NCBI GenBank assembly: GCA_964457845.1
Contig: CAYWHP010000007.1
Location: 1,349-41,472, forward strand
DNA: 40,124 nt
From: an uncultured Porphyromonadaceae bacterium
GTDB lineage: Bacteria > Bacteroidota > Bacteroidia > Bacteroidales > UBA12481
Direction: 5' to 3'
Position numbers and translations under genes: made by a program. Every line of letters starts with the position of its first letter. Positions within the stretch are counted from its first letter, which is position 1. Positions 1 to 9,369 of the stretch are shown here, one piece after another. The notes beneath the pieces were generated by a model. That model had not been told where the DNA came from, ran no database searches, and saw only the letters and a program-made list of their open reading frames with translations.

Positions 1-1330
1 GTGCGGCCGGGACAAACCACGATGATCCCGCTTCGAAGGCCATGCCGTTAACTTCAACCGTTTTATCAATGTCTTTCACGGTGATACCATGCTGGAGAAG
101 CATGTCGAGCAGCATGACGGCCTTGTGCGGATCACGACTGTCGCCGAAAACATACCCTTTAACCGCGGAACTTTCACTTTCGGCGGTGGCATTGCGGTAA
201 AAATCAGCCATATAGTATTGAAGCTCTTTTTTAAGATCCCAGGCTGCCGTAAGGGAAGAAAGTGATACGGTTACCTGGTTGCGGATCGTAAAGGGGAAAG
301 TGAGTTTACCCCCGGAAGTTTCACGGAGATGGCCCCGGCTGCCGGCCTGTTCAAAAAGGATCCCGATTGAGCCGTGCAGGTCGGGATAGGATGATCCTTT
401 CCCCACGTAAAAGTCATCGAATGTCTCCTCGGTAAAATAGAGGGAACCGATCTGATCCAGAGCCCGGGAATGATAGGTGCCGATTTTCTGTGTCAGGGCA
501 TAGTTGCCGGGCGGGACAAGCGGGTTGTTTCGGGCAGGAACCCCGGGTTGAAAGAAAAAGGTTGAATTTGAACCCATTTCATGATGATCAGTCAGCACAT
601 TGGGCATCCAGTGGTGAAACTGGGCCACAATGGCACGCGTTTCAGGATGTTGCAGAAGGAGCCAGTCGCGGTTGAGGTCGAACCAATAATGGTTTGAGCG
701 GCTTCCGGGCCAGGGTTCCTGAAACTCGAATGAGTTGGGATCCGAATTGTTATTGAGACTTTTGCGTGAATTAACCCAATAAGCGAAGCGGTTCAATCCG
801 TCCGGATTCAGGCAGGGATCTATCAGAATGACTGTTTGTCCGAGCAGCTGAATAACATTCTCATCTTCACAGGCAGCCAGGTAATAGGCAACCACCGGCA
901 CCGCATTCGCGCCGCTCGGTTCATTGCCGTGAATGCTGTACCCAAGCCAAACCACCAGGGGATCTTTACCCTTGATGCGGTTAGGTGACGACGGATCGAT
1001 CGCGGCAAGGTGTTCCTTCCGCAGTTGTTCAAGGTTGCCGTGGTTTTCGGGAGCAGTAACGATCAGCTGAATCAGTTGCTGTTTTTCATAGGTTTCGCCC
1101 AGTTTGACGATGCTTATGCGATCGGAGGCATTGTCGAGGATCTCCAGATAGCTGACAAGCTTATCGTAAGTGAGGTGGTATTCGCCGGTTTTAAATCCGA
1201 AAACGGATTCTGGCGTCGGTATGGTCTGATTGTATCTGGCCCCGGCCGGCAGGAAGTATTCGAGGCCCTCCTGGGCAAACACCTGAACGAATGCTGCCAG
1301 GAACAGGCAAAGGAATAACAGTCGTCGCAT
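1..1330 (-). CDS. M14 family zinc carboxypeptidase, secreted (C-terminus runs off the window start)
   Basis: Not in the ORF track. Manual translation from ATG at 1330 gives MRRLLFLCLFLAAFVQVFAQ (signal-peptide-like), then SIHGNEPSG, NPDG, FDLNRDW and DHHEMG, the M14 zinc/substrate motifs. The frame appears open to the window edge. Confidence 0.9.
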   Translation of the reverse strand, partial: MRRLLFLCLFLAAFVQVFAQEGLEYFLPAGARYNQTIPTPESVFGFKTGEYHLTYDKLVSYLEILDNASDRISIVKLGETYEKQQLIQLIVTAPENHGNLEQLRKEHLAAIDPSSPNRIKGKDPLVVWLGYSIHGNEPSGANAVPVVAYYLAACEDENVIQLLGQTVILIDPCLNPDGLNRFAYWVNSRKSLNNNSDPNSFEFQEPWPGSRSNHYWFDLNRDWLLLQHPETRAIVAQFHHWMPNVLTDHHEMGSNSTFFFQPGVPARNNPLVPPGNYALTQKIGTYHSRALDQIGSLYFTEETFDDFYVGKGSSYPDLHGSIGILFEQAGSRGHLRETSGGKLTFPFTIRNQVTVSLSSLTAAWDLKKELQYYMADFYRNATAESESSAVKGYVFGDSRDPHKAVMLLDMLLQHGITVKDIDKTVEVNGMAFEAGSSWFVPAA

Positions 1331-1486
1331 TTTTGCTGGTTTTATGATTTGTTGAAATTAGGCTTTCCCGCCATAACCACCAAGATATATGTATCCTTCC
1401 CTGTCAAATTGTATACGGGCCGATGGCGGGGATACGGTAAAATGCTTTAGTTTTAATGCGGCTGCAAAGCGTTAAGGATTTCCTCT

Positions 1487-3544
1487 ATGATAAATCGTGA
1501 ATTGCTCAATCCCAATAGTATAGTGGTCATCGGAGCGTCGGACGACATCCGGAAACCCGGGGGTAAGATTTTGAAAAATATAATTGACCATGGCTACCGT
1601 GGCGAACTGTATGTGGTGAATCCCAAAGCATCGCAAATTCAGGGAGTGGTATCATTTCCGGATACAGGCGGACTGCCCCATGTTGACCTGGCCATTCTGG
1701 CTGTACCTGCTCAGGGATGCCCGGCCATTGTCCGTTCGCTGGCGACTCAAAAGCAAACGAAAGCGTTCATCATCATTTCCGCGGGTTTTTCGGAAGAGAA
1801 TGCAGCCGGTGCAGAGCTTGAACATGAAATCACCGAAATTCTGGAAGCGACCGGCAGTTGCCTGATCGGGCCAAACTGCATTGGTGTCATCACAACAACC
1901 TATGCGGGCTGCTTCACACTACCGGTACCCAGGCTGGATCCGAAGGGCGTTGACTTTATTTCCGGATCCGGAGCCACAGCGGTTTATGTGATGGAATCGG
2001 CAATTCCGAACGGGCTGACCTTTTCGAGTGTCTTCAGTGTCGGGAACTCCGCCCAGACAGGCGTTGAAGATGTTCTGGAATACCTTGATGAAAGTTATGA
2101 TCCGGAGACATCCAGCGAAGTTAAACTCTTATATATGGAGAGTGTGCAGAAACCGGATAAACTTCTTCGTCATGCCTCATCGCTCATCAGGAAAGGTTGC
2201 CGTATAGCCGCCATCAAGGCAGGCAGTTCGGAAGCCGGCAGCAGGGCTGCCTCTTCACATACCGGTGCACTTGCCAGCCCGGATACCGCCGTTGATGCCC
2301 TTTTCCGCAAGGCTGGCATTGTCCGTTGCTACAGTCGCTCGGAGCTTGCCACCGTGGGGGCGATATTCATGCACCGCAGGCTGGAGGGCAAAAGGATTGC
2401 CGTAATAACACATGCCGGCGGTCCTGCGGTCATGCTTACAGATGCGCTTTCGCACGGCGGCATGGAGGTTCCGCTCATCAGCGGCGAACCTGCTGAACGG
2501 CTGCTCACCAGGCTTTTCCCCGGGTCGTCGGTTGCAAATCCCATTGACATCCTTGCCACAGGAACTGCCGAACAACTTGGAGCTGCAATTGATTGCGTTA
2601 ATGATGACCTTGATCATATCGACGGAATGTGCATCATTTTCGGCAGTCCGGGCCTTACCTCCATGAAGCCGGTATACGATCTGATCGACCTGAAGATGAG
2701 AACTTCTAAGAAGCCAATTTTCCCGATTCTGCCTTCCGTCATTAATGCCAGTGATGATATAGCCGGATTTCTGGCGATGGGGCGGATCAATTTTCCGGAT
2801 GAAGTCTTATTCGGACAGGCGCTCATCAAAGCGGCAAGTGTTCCGGCCCCTGTGCCGACCGGCGAGATTGAACTGATTTCAGGATATGACAGGATCCGCC
2901 ATCTAGTGGCTGGGTATGCCGACGGCTATCTCAATCCCGGTCAGGTTCAGGATTTGCTGGATGCTGCCGGTATAAGCAGGATTCGTGAGCGCGTGGTGAA
3001 TTCCCAGGAGGAGGCAGTCAGCTCGGCACTGACATTTGGTTTTCCTGTGGTCATGAAGGTTGTGGGTCCGGTTCACAAAACCGATGTTGGTGGTGTTCTG
3101 CTCAACCTCGCCAACCATGAAGAGGTTTCCGAAGCCTTCCAGCGGCTGATGTCGATTAACGATGCCACCGGCGTTCTGATTCAGCCGATGCTGAAAGGCC
3201 GTGAACTTTTTGTCGGGGCCAAGCGGGAACTCCCGTTCGGGCACCTGGTGGTGATCGGTCTCGGCGGAATATTTATTGAAGTGCTGCATGATGTGCAGTC
3301 GGGATTAGCCCCGTTGACGGCTGCGGAGGTATCCCTGATGATCAGCCGGCTTAAGGGAGGAAAGTTGCTGCAGGGTGTGCGAGGCCAGGCAGGAGTTAGT
3401 ATCGGCAAGTGGATTGAGCTGATTCTGGCTGTTTCTGCACTGGTAGCCGCCGCTCCGGAAATTGCCGAGATGGACCTCAATCCGGTTATGGGGCTCTCCG
3501 ACAGGGCAATTGCGGTGGATGCCCGTATCCGGATCGAAAAGTAG
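1487..3544 (+). CDS. ADP-forming acetate/acyl-CoA synthetase (fused alpha+beta, acetate--CoA ligase family)
   Basis: CoA-binding N-terminus (VIGAS..., IGPNCIG), phospho-His motif SHTGAL, C-terminal ATP-grasp (HKTDVGGV, EMDLNP, VDARI). Confidence 0.92.
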   Translation: MINRELLNPNSIVVIGASDDIRKPGGKILKNIIDHGYRGELYVVNPKASQIQGVVSFPDTGGLPHVDLAILAVPAQGCPAIVRSLATQKQTKAFIIISAGFSEENAAGAELEHEITEILEATGSCLIGPNCIGVITTTYAGCFTLPVPRLDPKGVDFISGSGATAVYVMESAIPNGLTFSSVFSVGNSAQTGVEDVLEYLDESYDPETSSEVKLLYMESVQKPDKLLRHASSLIRKGCRIAAIKAGSSEAGSRAASSHTGALASPDTAVDALFRKAGIVRCYSRSELATVGAIFMHRRLEGKRIAVITHAGGPAVMLTDALSHGGMEVPLISGEPAERLLTRLFPGSSVANPIDILATGTAEQLGAAIDCVNDDLDHIDGMCIIFGSPGLTSMKPVYDLIDLKMRTSKKPIFPILPSVINASDDIAGFLAMGRINFPDEVLFGQALIKAASVPAPVPTGEIELISGYDRIRHLVAGYADGYLNPGQVQDLLDAAGISRIRERVVNSQEEAVSSALTFGFPVVMKVVGPVHKTDVGGVLLNLANHEEVSEAFQRLMSINDATGVLIQPMLKGRELFVGAKRELPFGHLVVIGLGGIFIEVLHDVQSGLAPLTAAEVSLMISRLKGGKLLQGVRGQAGVSIGKWIELILAVSALVAAAPEIAEMDLNPVMGLSDRAIAVDARIRIEK

Positions 3545-3555
3545 ACCGATTTTTA

Positions 3556-3563
3556 TATTTTTG
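3556..3563 (+). promoter_or_regulatory. Bacteroidota -7 promoter box (TATTTTTG) for flavodoxin
   Basis: Exact TAnnTTTG match 18 nt upstream of ATG 3582. Confidence 0.6.
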
Positions 3564-3581
3564 CACAAACAACAAATTGAT

Positions 3582-4100
3582 ATGGATAAAATTGCGATTC
3601 TGTACGGTCCCCTGGGCGGAAATACCGAAAAGGCTGCCCGCCTGGTTGCAAAGGCCTTCGGAGAAGGTAACGCCGACCTGATTCCGGTTAAGAATGCGTT
3701 AGAAGCTGATCTTGAGCCTTATAAAATGATCATCTTCGGTGGTCCTACTGTCGGAACGCATACGTGGGCCGATCAGACCCAGAAAAACGACTGGGACCTG
3801 TTTCTTACCCGCCTCTATAAAATGAACCTGGGTGGCAAAACCTGTGCGGTGTTCGGTTTGGGTGACCAGGTGTGCTATTCATTCAATTTTGTTGATGACA
3901 TCGGAGTAATCTCGGATCAGATTATCGCTTCAGGCGGCCGGTTGATCGGGATGGTTGGACCGGAAGGTTATGCATTCGATGAATCGAAGGCATTCCGCGA
4001 AGGCCGGTTTTCAGGCCTTCCCCTGGATGAAGACAACGAGCCGGACCTTACTGAAACCCGCATCAGCAATTGGGTTGAACTTTTAAAGACTGAGTTGTAA
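3582..4100 (+). CDS. Long-chain flavodoxin
   Basis: Start moved to MDKIAILYG (ATG 3582). Motifs GGNTE, GPTVG, AVFGLGDQ..Y..NFVD, GLPLDEDNE...RI..W. Confidence 0.9.
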   Translation: MDKIAILYGPLGGNTEKAARLVAKAFGEGNADLIPVKNALEADLEPYKMIIFGGPTVGTHTWADQTQKNDWDLFLTRLYKMNLGGKTCAVFGLGDQVCYSFNFVDDIGVISDQIIASGGRLIGMVGPEGYAFDESKAFREGRFSGLPLDEDNEPDLTETRISNWVELLKTEL

Positions 4101-4118
4101 GCGAGTTCAAATGGATGG

Positions 4119-4150
4119 AAACGGTGACTTCGGTTGCCGTTTTTTGTTTT
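4119..4150 (+). terminator. Intrinsic terminator after flavodoxin
   Basis: Stem AAACGGTGAC / GTTGCCGTTT (with G-U pairs), C(TTCG)G tetraloop, followed by TTTGTTTT. Confidence 0.75.
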
Positions 4151-5239
4151 ATGATGAATTTTTCCAAACCAACCTTTCTGATCGATCCGCAGATATGCAG
4201 ATCGAACATCCGGAGCATGGCGGACAAAGCCGCCAGCTCAGGCGCCATCTTCAGGCCTCACTTCAAAACCCACCAGTCCCTTGCCATCGGAAAATGGTTC
4301 AGACAGGAGGGGATTTCCCGGATCACCACCTCTTCACTCTCGGCTGCCCATTATTTTACCGGCGACGGCTGGGATGATATCACCGTAGCTTTTCCTGTAA
4401 ACCTGCGGGAAATGGATCTGATTAATGAGCTTGCCGGCAGGATCCGGCTCGGATTGCTTGTTGAGGATCCCGAAGTTGTGAGGGCACTGCAGGAGAAGCT
4501 CACTGCCGGGGTTGATGCCTATATAAAGATAGATACCGGTTATCACCGGACAGGCCTGATGCTGGAGGAGATGCCTGTTATTTCAAATATTGCTGACCTT
4601 ATCCGGCAGAATCCGTTGACCCGGCTTAAAGGGTTGCTCACCCATGCCGGTCATACCTATCATGCCAAAGACTTGCCGGAGATCAGATCGATTTTTGGCG
4701 ATTCGCTGACAATACTGGAATCGATCAGGACACGGCTTGGCGAAAGCGAACTCCTGCTTTCATACGGGGATACACCTTCTTGCAGCCTGTTGGATGATTT
4801 GACGGGTATCGGCGAGTTGCGACCCGGTAATTTCGTATTCTACGATCTTATGCAGTGGAAAGCCGGGGTTTGTTCGTTCAATCAGATTGGCGGAATTGTT
4901 GTTTGCCCGGTGGTAGCCGTACATACGGCGAGAAACCAGGCTGTTTTGTACGGGGGTGCTGTTCATTTGTCGAAAGATTCTATAAGCGTTGATGACCGCC
5001 CTGTTTTTGGCCAGCTGGTCACTTTCGACGGAAAGGGGTGGAGTGAGCCGGTACCGGGAGCTTTCGTGGTATCCTTATCGCAGGAGCATGGAATACTTGA
5101 GGCGTCGGCAGAAGTGATCGGAACCCTGGAGCCGGGCATGCTTGCAGGGATTATTCCGGTTCATTCCTGTTTGACAGCCAGGCTGTTGCAGGGCTATTCG
5201 TTAATTGGCGGCGGTGAAGCGGATTACTTTCCGGGATAA
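4151..5239 (+). CDS. Fold-type III PLP enzyme, alanine-racemase domain, DSD1/D-threonine aldolase family
   Basis: RPHFKTH PLP-lysine motif, KIDTGYHRTG, THAGHTY, GDTP, RPGNFVFYD, SQEHG, C-terminal PVHSC metal motif. Start chosen at ATG 4151 (alternatives 4115, 4154). Confidence 0.85.
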   Translation: MMNFSKPTFLIDPQICRSNIRSMADKAASSGAIFRPHFKTHQSLAIGKWFRQEGISRITTSSLSAAHYFTGDGWDDITVAFPVNLREMDLINELAGRIRLGLLVEDPEVVRALQEKLTAGVDAYIKIDTGYHRTGLMLEEMPVISNIADLIRQNPLTRLKGLLTHAGHTYHAKDLPEIRSIFGDSLTILESIRTRLGESELLLSYGDTPSCSLLDDLTGIGELRPGNFVFYDLMQWKAGVCSFNQIGGIVVCPVVAVHTARNQAVLYGGAVHLSKDSISVDDRPVFGQLVTFDGKGWSEPVPGAFVVSLSQEHGILEASAEVIGTLEPGMLAGIIPVHSCLTARLLQGYSLIGGGEADYFPG

Positions 5240-5285
5240 TGATTATTTTCAGGTTTGGGTTTATGAAAAAGTTATATCTTGCCAG

Positions 5286-6605
5286 ATGGTACATAACACA
5301 CCGATAGACAGCAATACAGTCAGGGAGCAGATAGCCCTCTCGAACCTGGCTGATCTCGGCCGTGCTTCTATCCGGGAAATTGTTCGGCTGGTTAACATAA
5401 TTGAGCGGCTTACCGGAGAAAAGTTCATCCGCATGGAGATGGGGGTACCCGGTCTGGAACCGCCGGATATCGGAATCGAAGCGGAAATTGCTGCCCTGCA
5501 CAAGGGTGTGGCATCAAAATACCCGATGATCGAGGGGGTGCCCGAGCTCAAGCGGGAAACGATGCGGTTCGCCAAGCTGTTCCTTAATGTCGATGTCTGG
5601 GAGGAAGCCTGTATTCCCTGTGTGGGTTCGATGCAGGGGGCCATGGCCGCTTTTATGGTTGCCAACCGGTCGGACCGGAACAAACTGGGAACCCTTTTCA
5701 TCGATCCCGGTTTTCCGGTGCAAAAGCAGCAGTGCCGTGTTCTCGGTCATACTTTCGAGTCATTCGATGTTTACGATTATCGGGGTGACAAACTAGGACC
5801 CAAACTCGAATCGTACCTTTCTACCGGAAGGATTTCAACTCTGCTTTATTCCAACCCGAACAATCCGTCATGGATCTGTTTTACCGAGGATGAATTGCGT
5901 ACGATCGGGGAGCTTGCTAATAAATATGATGTTATTGTCATAGAGGATCTTGCCTATTTTGGAATGGATTTCCGCAAAGATTATTCCCAGCCAGGGGAGC
6001 CCCCGTATCAACCCACTGTGGCGCATTATTGTGATCACTGGCTGCTATTGATATCCAGTTCGAAGGCCTTTTCATTTGCCGGTGAGCGGGTGGGCGCCAT
6101 GGTGATAAGCAACAAGCTCTTCGGACGGGTTTATCCTGACCTGAAACGCTATTACACCTCCGACCAGTTTGGCTATTCCATGATATATGGCGCTCTATAT
6201 GCCCTCTCATCGGGTGTTTGTCACTCAGCCCAGTACGGGCTGGCTGCCATGTTGAAGGCAGCCAACGACGGGCAGTTCAATTTTGTTGAAATGGTAAAGG
6301 AATACGGGGTAAGGGCTCATGAGCTCAAACGGATCTTTCTTGAGAACGGGTTCGAAATCGTCTACACCACCGACATCGACGAGCCGGTTGCTGACGGGTT
6401 TTATTTTACGATTTCATATCCGGGAATGACCGGTGCAGTATTGCTTGAGAATCTGCTTTATTACGGAGTGAGCGCTATATCCCTGGTTATCACAGGTAGT
6501 ACGCGGATTGAGGGACTCAGGGCCTGTGTTTCGCAGATACACCCGTCACTCTATCCGGTACTGGAAACCAGGCTGAAACAGTTTCGCAAGGATTTTTCAG
6601 ATTAG
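5286..6605 (+). CDS. PLP-dependent aminotransferase class I/II
   Basis: SNPNNPS, IEDLAY, SSSKAFSFAGERVG (PLP lysine). Start chosen at MVHNTPID (ATG 5286). Confidence 0.88.
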   Translation: MVHNTPIDSNTVREQIALSNLADLGRASIREIVRLVNIIERLTGEKFIRMEMGVPGLEPPDIGIEAEIAALHKGVASKYPMIEGVPELKRETMRFAKLFLNVDVWEEACIPCVGSMQGAMAAFMVANRSDRNKLGTLFIDPGFPVQKQQCRVLGHTFESFDVYDYRGDKLGPKLESYLSTGRISTLLYSNPNNPSWICFTEDELRTIGELANKYDVIVIEDLAYFGMDFRKDYSQPGEPPYQPTVAHYCDHWLLLISSSKAFSFAGERVGAMVISNKLFGRVYPDLKRYYTSDQFGYSMIYGALYALSSGVCHSAQYGLAAMLKAANDGQFNFVEMVKEYGVRAHELKRIFLENGFEIVYTTDIDEPVADGFYFTISYPGMTGAVLLENLLYYGVSAISLVITGSTRIEGLRACVSQIHPSLYPVLETRLKQFRKDFSD

Positions 6606-6661
6606 ATTAAAAAGTTGTAATTACCCCGGCCAATTTTCCGGGTAAACTTAAATTGACAGAT

Positions 6662-6892
6662 ATGGCAAAAATGAAGGGTGCGATTGTAGTGGACATCGAA
6701 AAATGCAAAGGTTGTGAAGTTTGCAGGGTCGCATGTCCCAATGATGTTATCGCCATGACTCAGGAAGTTAACCACAAGGGTTACCATTACGCCTATCAGG
6801 AAAAACGCGAGGATTGCGTTGGCTGTGCCAACTGCGCCGTTGTTTGCCCGGATGGTGTAATCACTGTTTACAAAATAAAATTGTCCGATTAA
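6662..6892 (+). CDS. 2x[4Fe-4S] ferredoxin, delta subunit of 2-oxoacid:ferredoxin oxidoreductase
   Basis: Two CxxCxxCxxxCP motifs (CKGCEVCRVACP, CVGCANCAVVCP); first gene of the Vor/Kor cluster. Confidence 0.92.
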   Translation: MAKMKGAIVVDIEKCKGCEVCRVACPNDVIAMTQEVNHKGYHYAYQEKREDCVGCANCAVVCPDGVITVYKIKLSD

Positions 6893-6907
6893 TCATAAAA
6901 GTATCTG

Positions 6908-7981
6908 ATGATGAAGGAATTGAAGCTGATGAAAGGCAATGAGGCGGTTGCGGAAGGCGCCATCAGGGCCGGATGCGATGGCTACTTCGGTTACCCCATC
7001 ACCCCGCAGTCGGAGGTGATGGAATACCTCATGGCACAACAACCTGAAAAGCGCACCGGTATGGTAGTGCTGCAGGCTGAGAGTGAAACTGCGTCAATTA
7101 ACATGGTCTATGGCGGGGCCAGCACCGGGAAGAAAGTGATGACGAGTTCTTCGAGCCCGGGTATCAGCCTGATGCAGGAGGGGATCTCCTATCTGGCAGG
7201 AGCCGAGCTTCCCTGCCTTCTGCTCAATGTGGCCCGCGGGGGTCCGGGGCTCGGAACCATTCAACCATCCCAGGCTGATTATTTTCAGTCGGTGAAGGGT
7301 GGGGGACATGGCGATTACCAGCTTATTGTTCTGGCGCCGTCGTCGGTTCAGGAGATGTTCGATTTTGCTTTTCTGGGTTTCGACCTCGCCTTTAAATACC
7401 GCAATCCGGTATTGATCCTCTCCGACGGGCTGATTGGTCAGATGATGGAGAAGGTAGAAATGTGCGAGCAGATTCCCAGAACCACCACTTTCGACAGGAG
7501 CTGGACGCTCACCGGCAAGCCCGATGGCCAGGAGCGGAACATTGTTACCTCGCTCGATCTCGATGCCCACCAGCAGGAGCTTCACAATATCCACCTGCAG
7601 GAGAAGTACAGGAAGTGCAGGGAGGCAGAGGTCCGTTATGAACTTATCTCAACGGATGATGCAGAATACCTTTTTGTTGCCTACGGTTCTTCGGCCAGGA
7701 TCTGCCAAAAGGCAATTCAACTGGCCAGGGCCGAAGGGATAAAGGTTGGACTTTTACGGCCGATTACCCTCTGGCCCTTCCCGACAAAACCGCTGGCTGA
7801 ACTGGCTCCCAGAATGAAAGGCATCCTGAGTGTGGAGATGAGTGCCGGTCAAATGGTGGAGGATGTACGGTTATCAGCCGGATGCGGCATACATATAGAG
7901 CACTTCGGTAGAATGGGAGGGGTGATCCCGACCCCGGAAGAAGTGTTGGAAAATTTAAAGAAACTCCTTATTTCGAAATAG
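6908..7981 (+). CDS. vorB: 2-oxoacid:ferredoxin oxidoreductase alpha-type subunit (3-methyl-2-oxobutanoate dehydrogenase VorB family)
   Basis: MKGNEA, YFGYPITPQSE, QAESE, SSSPGISLMQE, RGGPGLG, VEMSAGQM. Confidence 0.9.
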   Translation: MMKELKLMKGNEAVAEGAIRAGCDGYFGYPITPQSEVMEYLMAQQPEKRTGMVVLQAESETASINMVYGGASTGKKVMTSSSSPGISLMQEGISYLAGAELPCLLLNVARGGPGLGTIQPSQADYFQSVKGGGHGDYQLIVLAPSSVQEMFDFAFLGFDLAFKYRNPVLILSDGLIGQMMEKVEMCEQIPRTTTFDRSWTLTGKPDGQERNIVTSLDLDAHQQELHNIHLQEKYRKCREAEVRYELISTDDAEYLFVAYGSSARICQKAIQLARAEGIKVGLLRPITLWPFPTKPLAELAPRMKGILSVEMSAGQMVEDVRLSAGCGIHIEHFGRMGGVIPTPEEVLENLKKLLISK

Positions 7982-7983
7982 TT

Positions 7984-8766
7984 ATGGATATCAACGATAT
8001 TATCAAACCGGAGAACCTGGTTTATCGGAAAACCCCGCTGATGACCGATAAGCCCCTGAGCTATTGCCCGGGCTGCGGCCATGGAACGGCCCACCGGATA
8101 CTTATGGAGGTGATCGAGGAGATGGGGATTCAGTCGGATACAATCGGGGTTGCCCCGGTTGGCTGTTCGGTGCTGGCGTATGATTTCATGAATGTGGATA
8201 TGGTTGGAGCGTCACACGGAAGGGCACCGGCTGTGGCCACCGGTATCAAGCGCTGCTGGCCCGACAAGTTCGTTTATACCTATCAGGGAGACGGCGACCT
8301 GGCGGCGATCGGAACAGCTGAAACCATTCATGCATGCAACCGCGGCGAGAACATTACCATTATTTTCATCAATAACGGGATTTATGGTATGACAGGCGGC
8401 CAGATGGCCCCAACCACGCTCAGTGGCATGAAGACTTCCACCAGCCCGTATGGCCGCGACATTGAAACCATGGGCAATCCCCTGAAGATCACCGAGCTGG
8501 TTGCCCAGTTGCCCGGTACATGTTATGTAACCCGGCAGTCGGTTCATTCCCCGCGAAATGTACGGCGGGCAAAGAAAGCTATCCGTACCGCCTTCGAATC
8601 TCAAAAAGAAAAGAAAGGGCTTTCCCTTGTGGAAATCGTTTCTAACTGCAATTCGGGATGGAAGCTCGAACCGGTGGCTTCCAACGAATGGATGGTAGAG
8701 AACATGTTTCCATATTACCCGCTGGGTGATATTAAAGTTGATGGTAAACTGGTTGTTAATCAATAA
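7984..8766 (+). CDS. 2-oxoacid:ferredoxin oxidoreductase TPP-binding beta subunit
   Basis: YCPGCGHG, PVGCS, HGRA, GDGD...NNGIYGMTGGQ (TPP motif). Confidence 0.92.
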   Translation: MDINDIIKPENLVYRKTPLMTDKPLSYCPGCGHGTAHRILMEVIEEMGIQSDTIGVAPVGCSVLAYDFMNVDMVGASHGRAPAVATGIKRCWPDKFVYTYQGDGDLAAIGTAETIHACNRGENITIIFINNGIYGMTGGQMAPTTLSGMKTSTSPYGRDIETMGNPLKITELVAQLPGTCYVTRQSVHSPRNVRRAKKAIRTAFESQKEKKGLSLVEIVSNCNSGWKLEPVASNEWMVENMFPYYPLGDIKVDGKLVVNQ

Positions 8767-8776
8767 TTTAAAGACC

Positions 8777-9325
8777 ATGACTGAAGAGATTATCATAGCC
8801 GGTTTCGGGGGGCAGGGAGTGCTTTCGATGGGCAAGATTTTAGCGTATTCGGCCATTATGCAGAACCAGGAAGTAAGCTGGTTCCCTTCTTATGGACCCG
8901 AAATGCGCGGTGGAACAGCCAATGTTACCGTTATCCTGAGCGATGAGCGGATCAGTTCGCCAGTACTTCATTTGTATGATACAGCGATTTTGCTGAATCA
9001 GCAGTCGCTCGACAAATTCGAGGGTTCGGTTAAACCGGGCGGTTTGCTGTTGTTCGACCCGAATGGCCTGACGAGGCTGCCGGAACGGAAGGATATCCGC
9101 GTATATAAGGTGGAGGCCGCCGATGCATCCGGTAAAATGGAATCGACGAAAGCCTTCAACATGGTGGTTCTGGGTGCCTATTTAAAGATAAAGCCTGTTG
9201 TAAGCCTTGAAAATGTTTACAGGGGACTCGAAAAATCAATACCGGCACGTTACGGTCATCTGCTGCAGCTTAATAAGGTTGCGATTGACAAGGGGCAAGA
9301 GATTGTTGAGGAGTATAAAGGTTAG
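8777..9325 (+). CDS. 2-oxoacid:ferredoxin oxidoreductase gamma subunit
   Basis: IIIAGFGGQGV, SYGPEMRGG, NMVVLGA. Start at MTEE (ATG 8777). Confidence 0.92.
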   Translation: MTEEIIIAGFGGQGVLSMGKILAYSAIMQNQEVSWFPSYGPEMRGGTANVTVILSDERISSPVLHLYDTAILLNQQSLDKFEGSVKPGGLLLFDPNGLTRLPERKDIRVYKVEAADASGKMESTKAFNMVVLGAYLKIKPVVSLENVYRGLEKSIPARYGHLLQLNKVAIDKGQEIVEEYKG

Positions 9326-9339
9326 GAGGTTACCCTTAC

Positions 9340-9367
9340 CGTCACTCGTCACTCGTCACTCGTCACT
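9340..9367. repeat. Heptamer tandem repeat (CGTCACT)x4
   Basis: Four perfect copies read directly, in the 44-bp gap between convergent genes. Confidence 0.95.
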
Positions 9368-9369
9368 CT

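Noticed and set aside
490-1318. Short track ORFs at 490-675, 823-1032 and 1010-1318
   Set aside because: They lie within the - strand M14 peptidase, which the track missed because it runs off the window.
1367-1435. Inverted repeat CCCGCCAT/ATGGCGGG with an alternative GTATCC/GGATAC pairing, as a riboswitch
   Set aside because: Only 8- and 6-bp stems with no recognisable aptamer or terminator; could be chance.
6621-6645. Imperfect hairpin TTACCCCGG...CCGGGTAA before the ferredoxin gene
   Set aside because: Bulged stem without a U-tract; too weak to call a terminator or operator.
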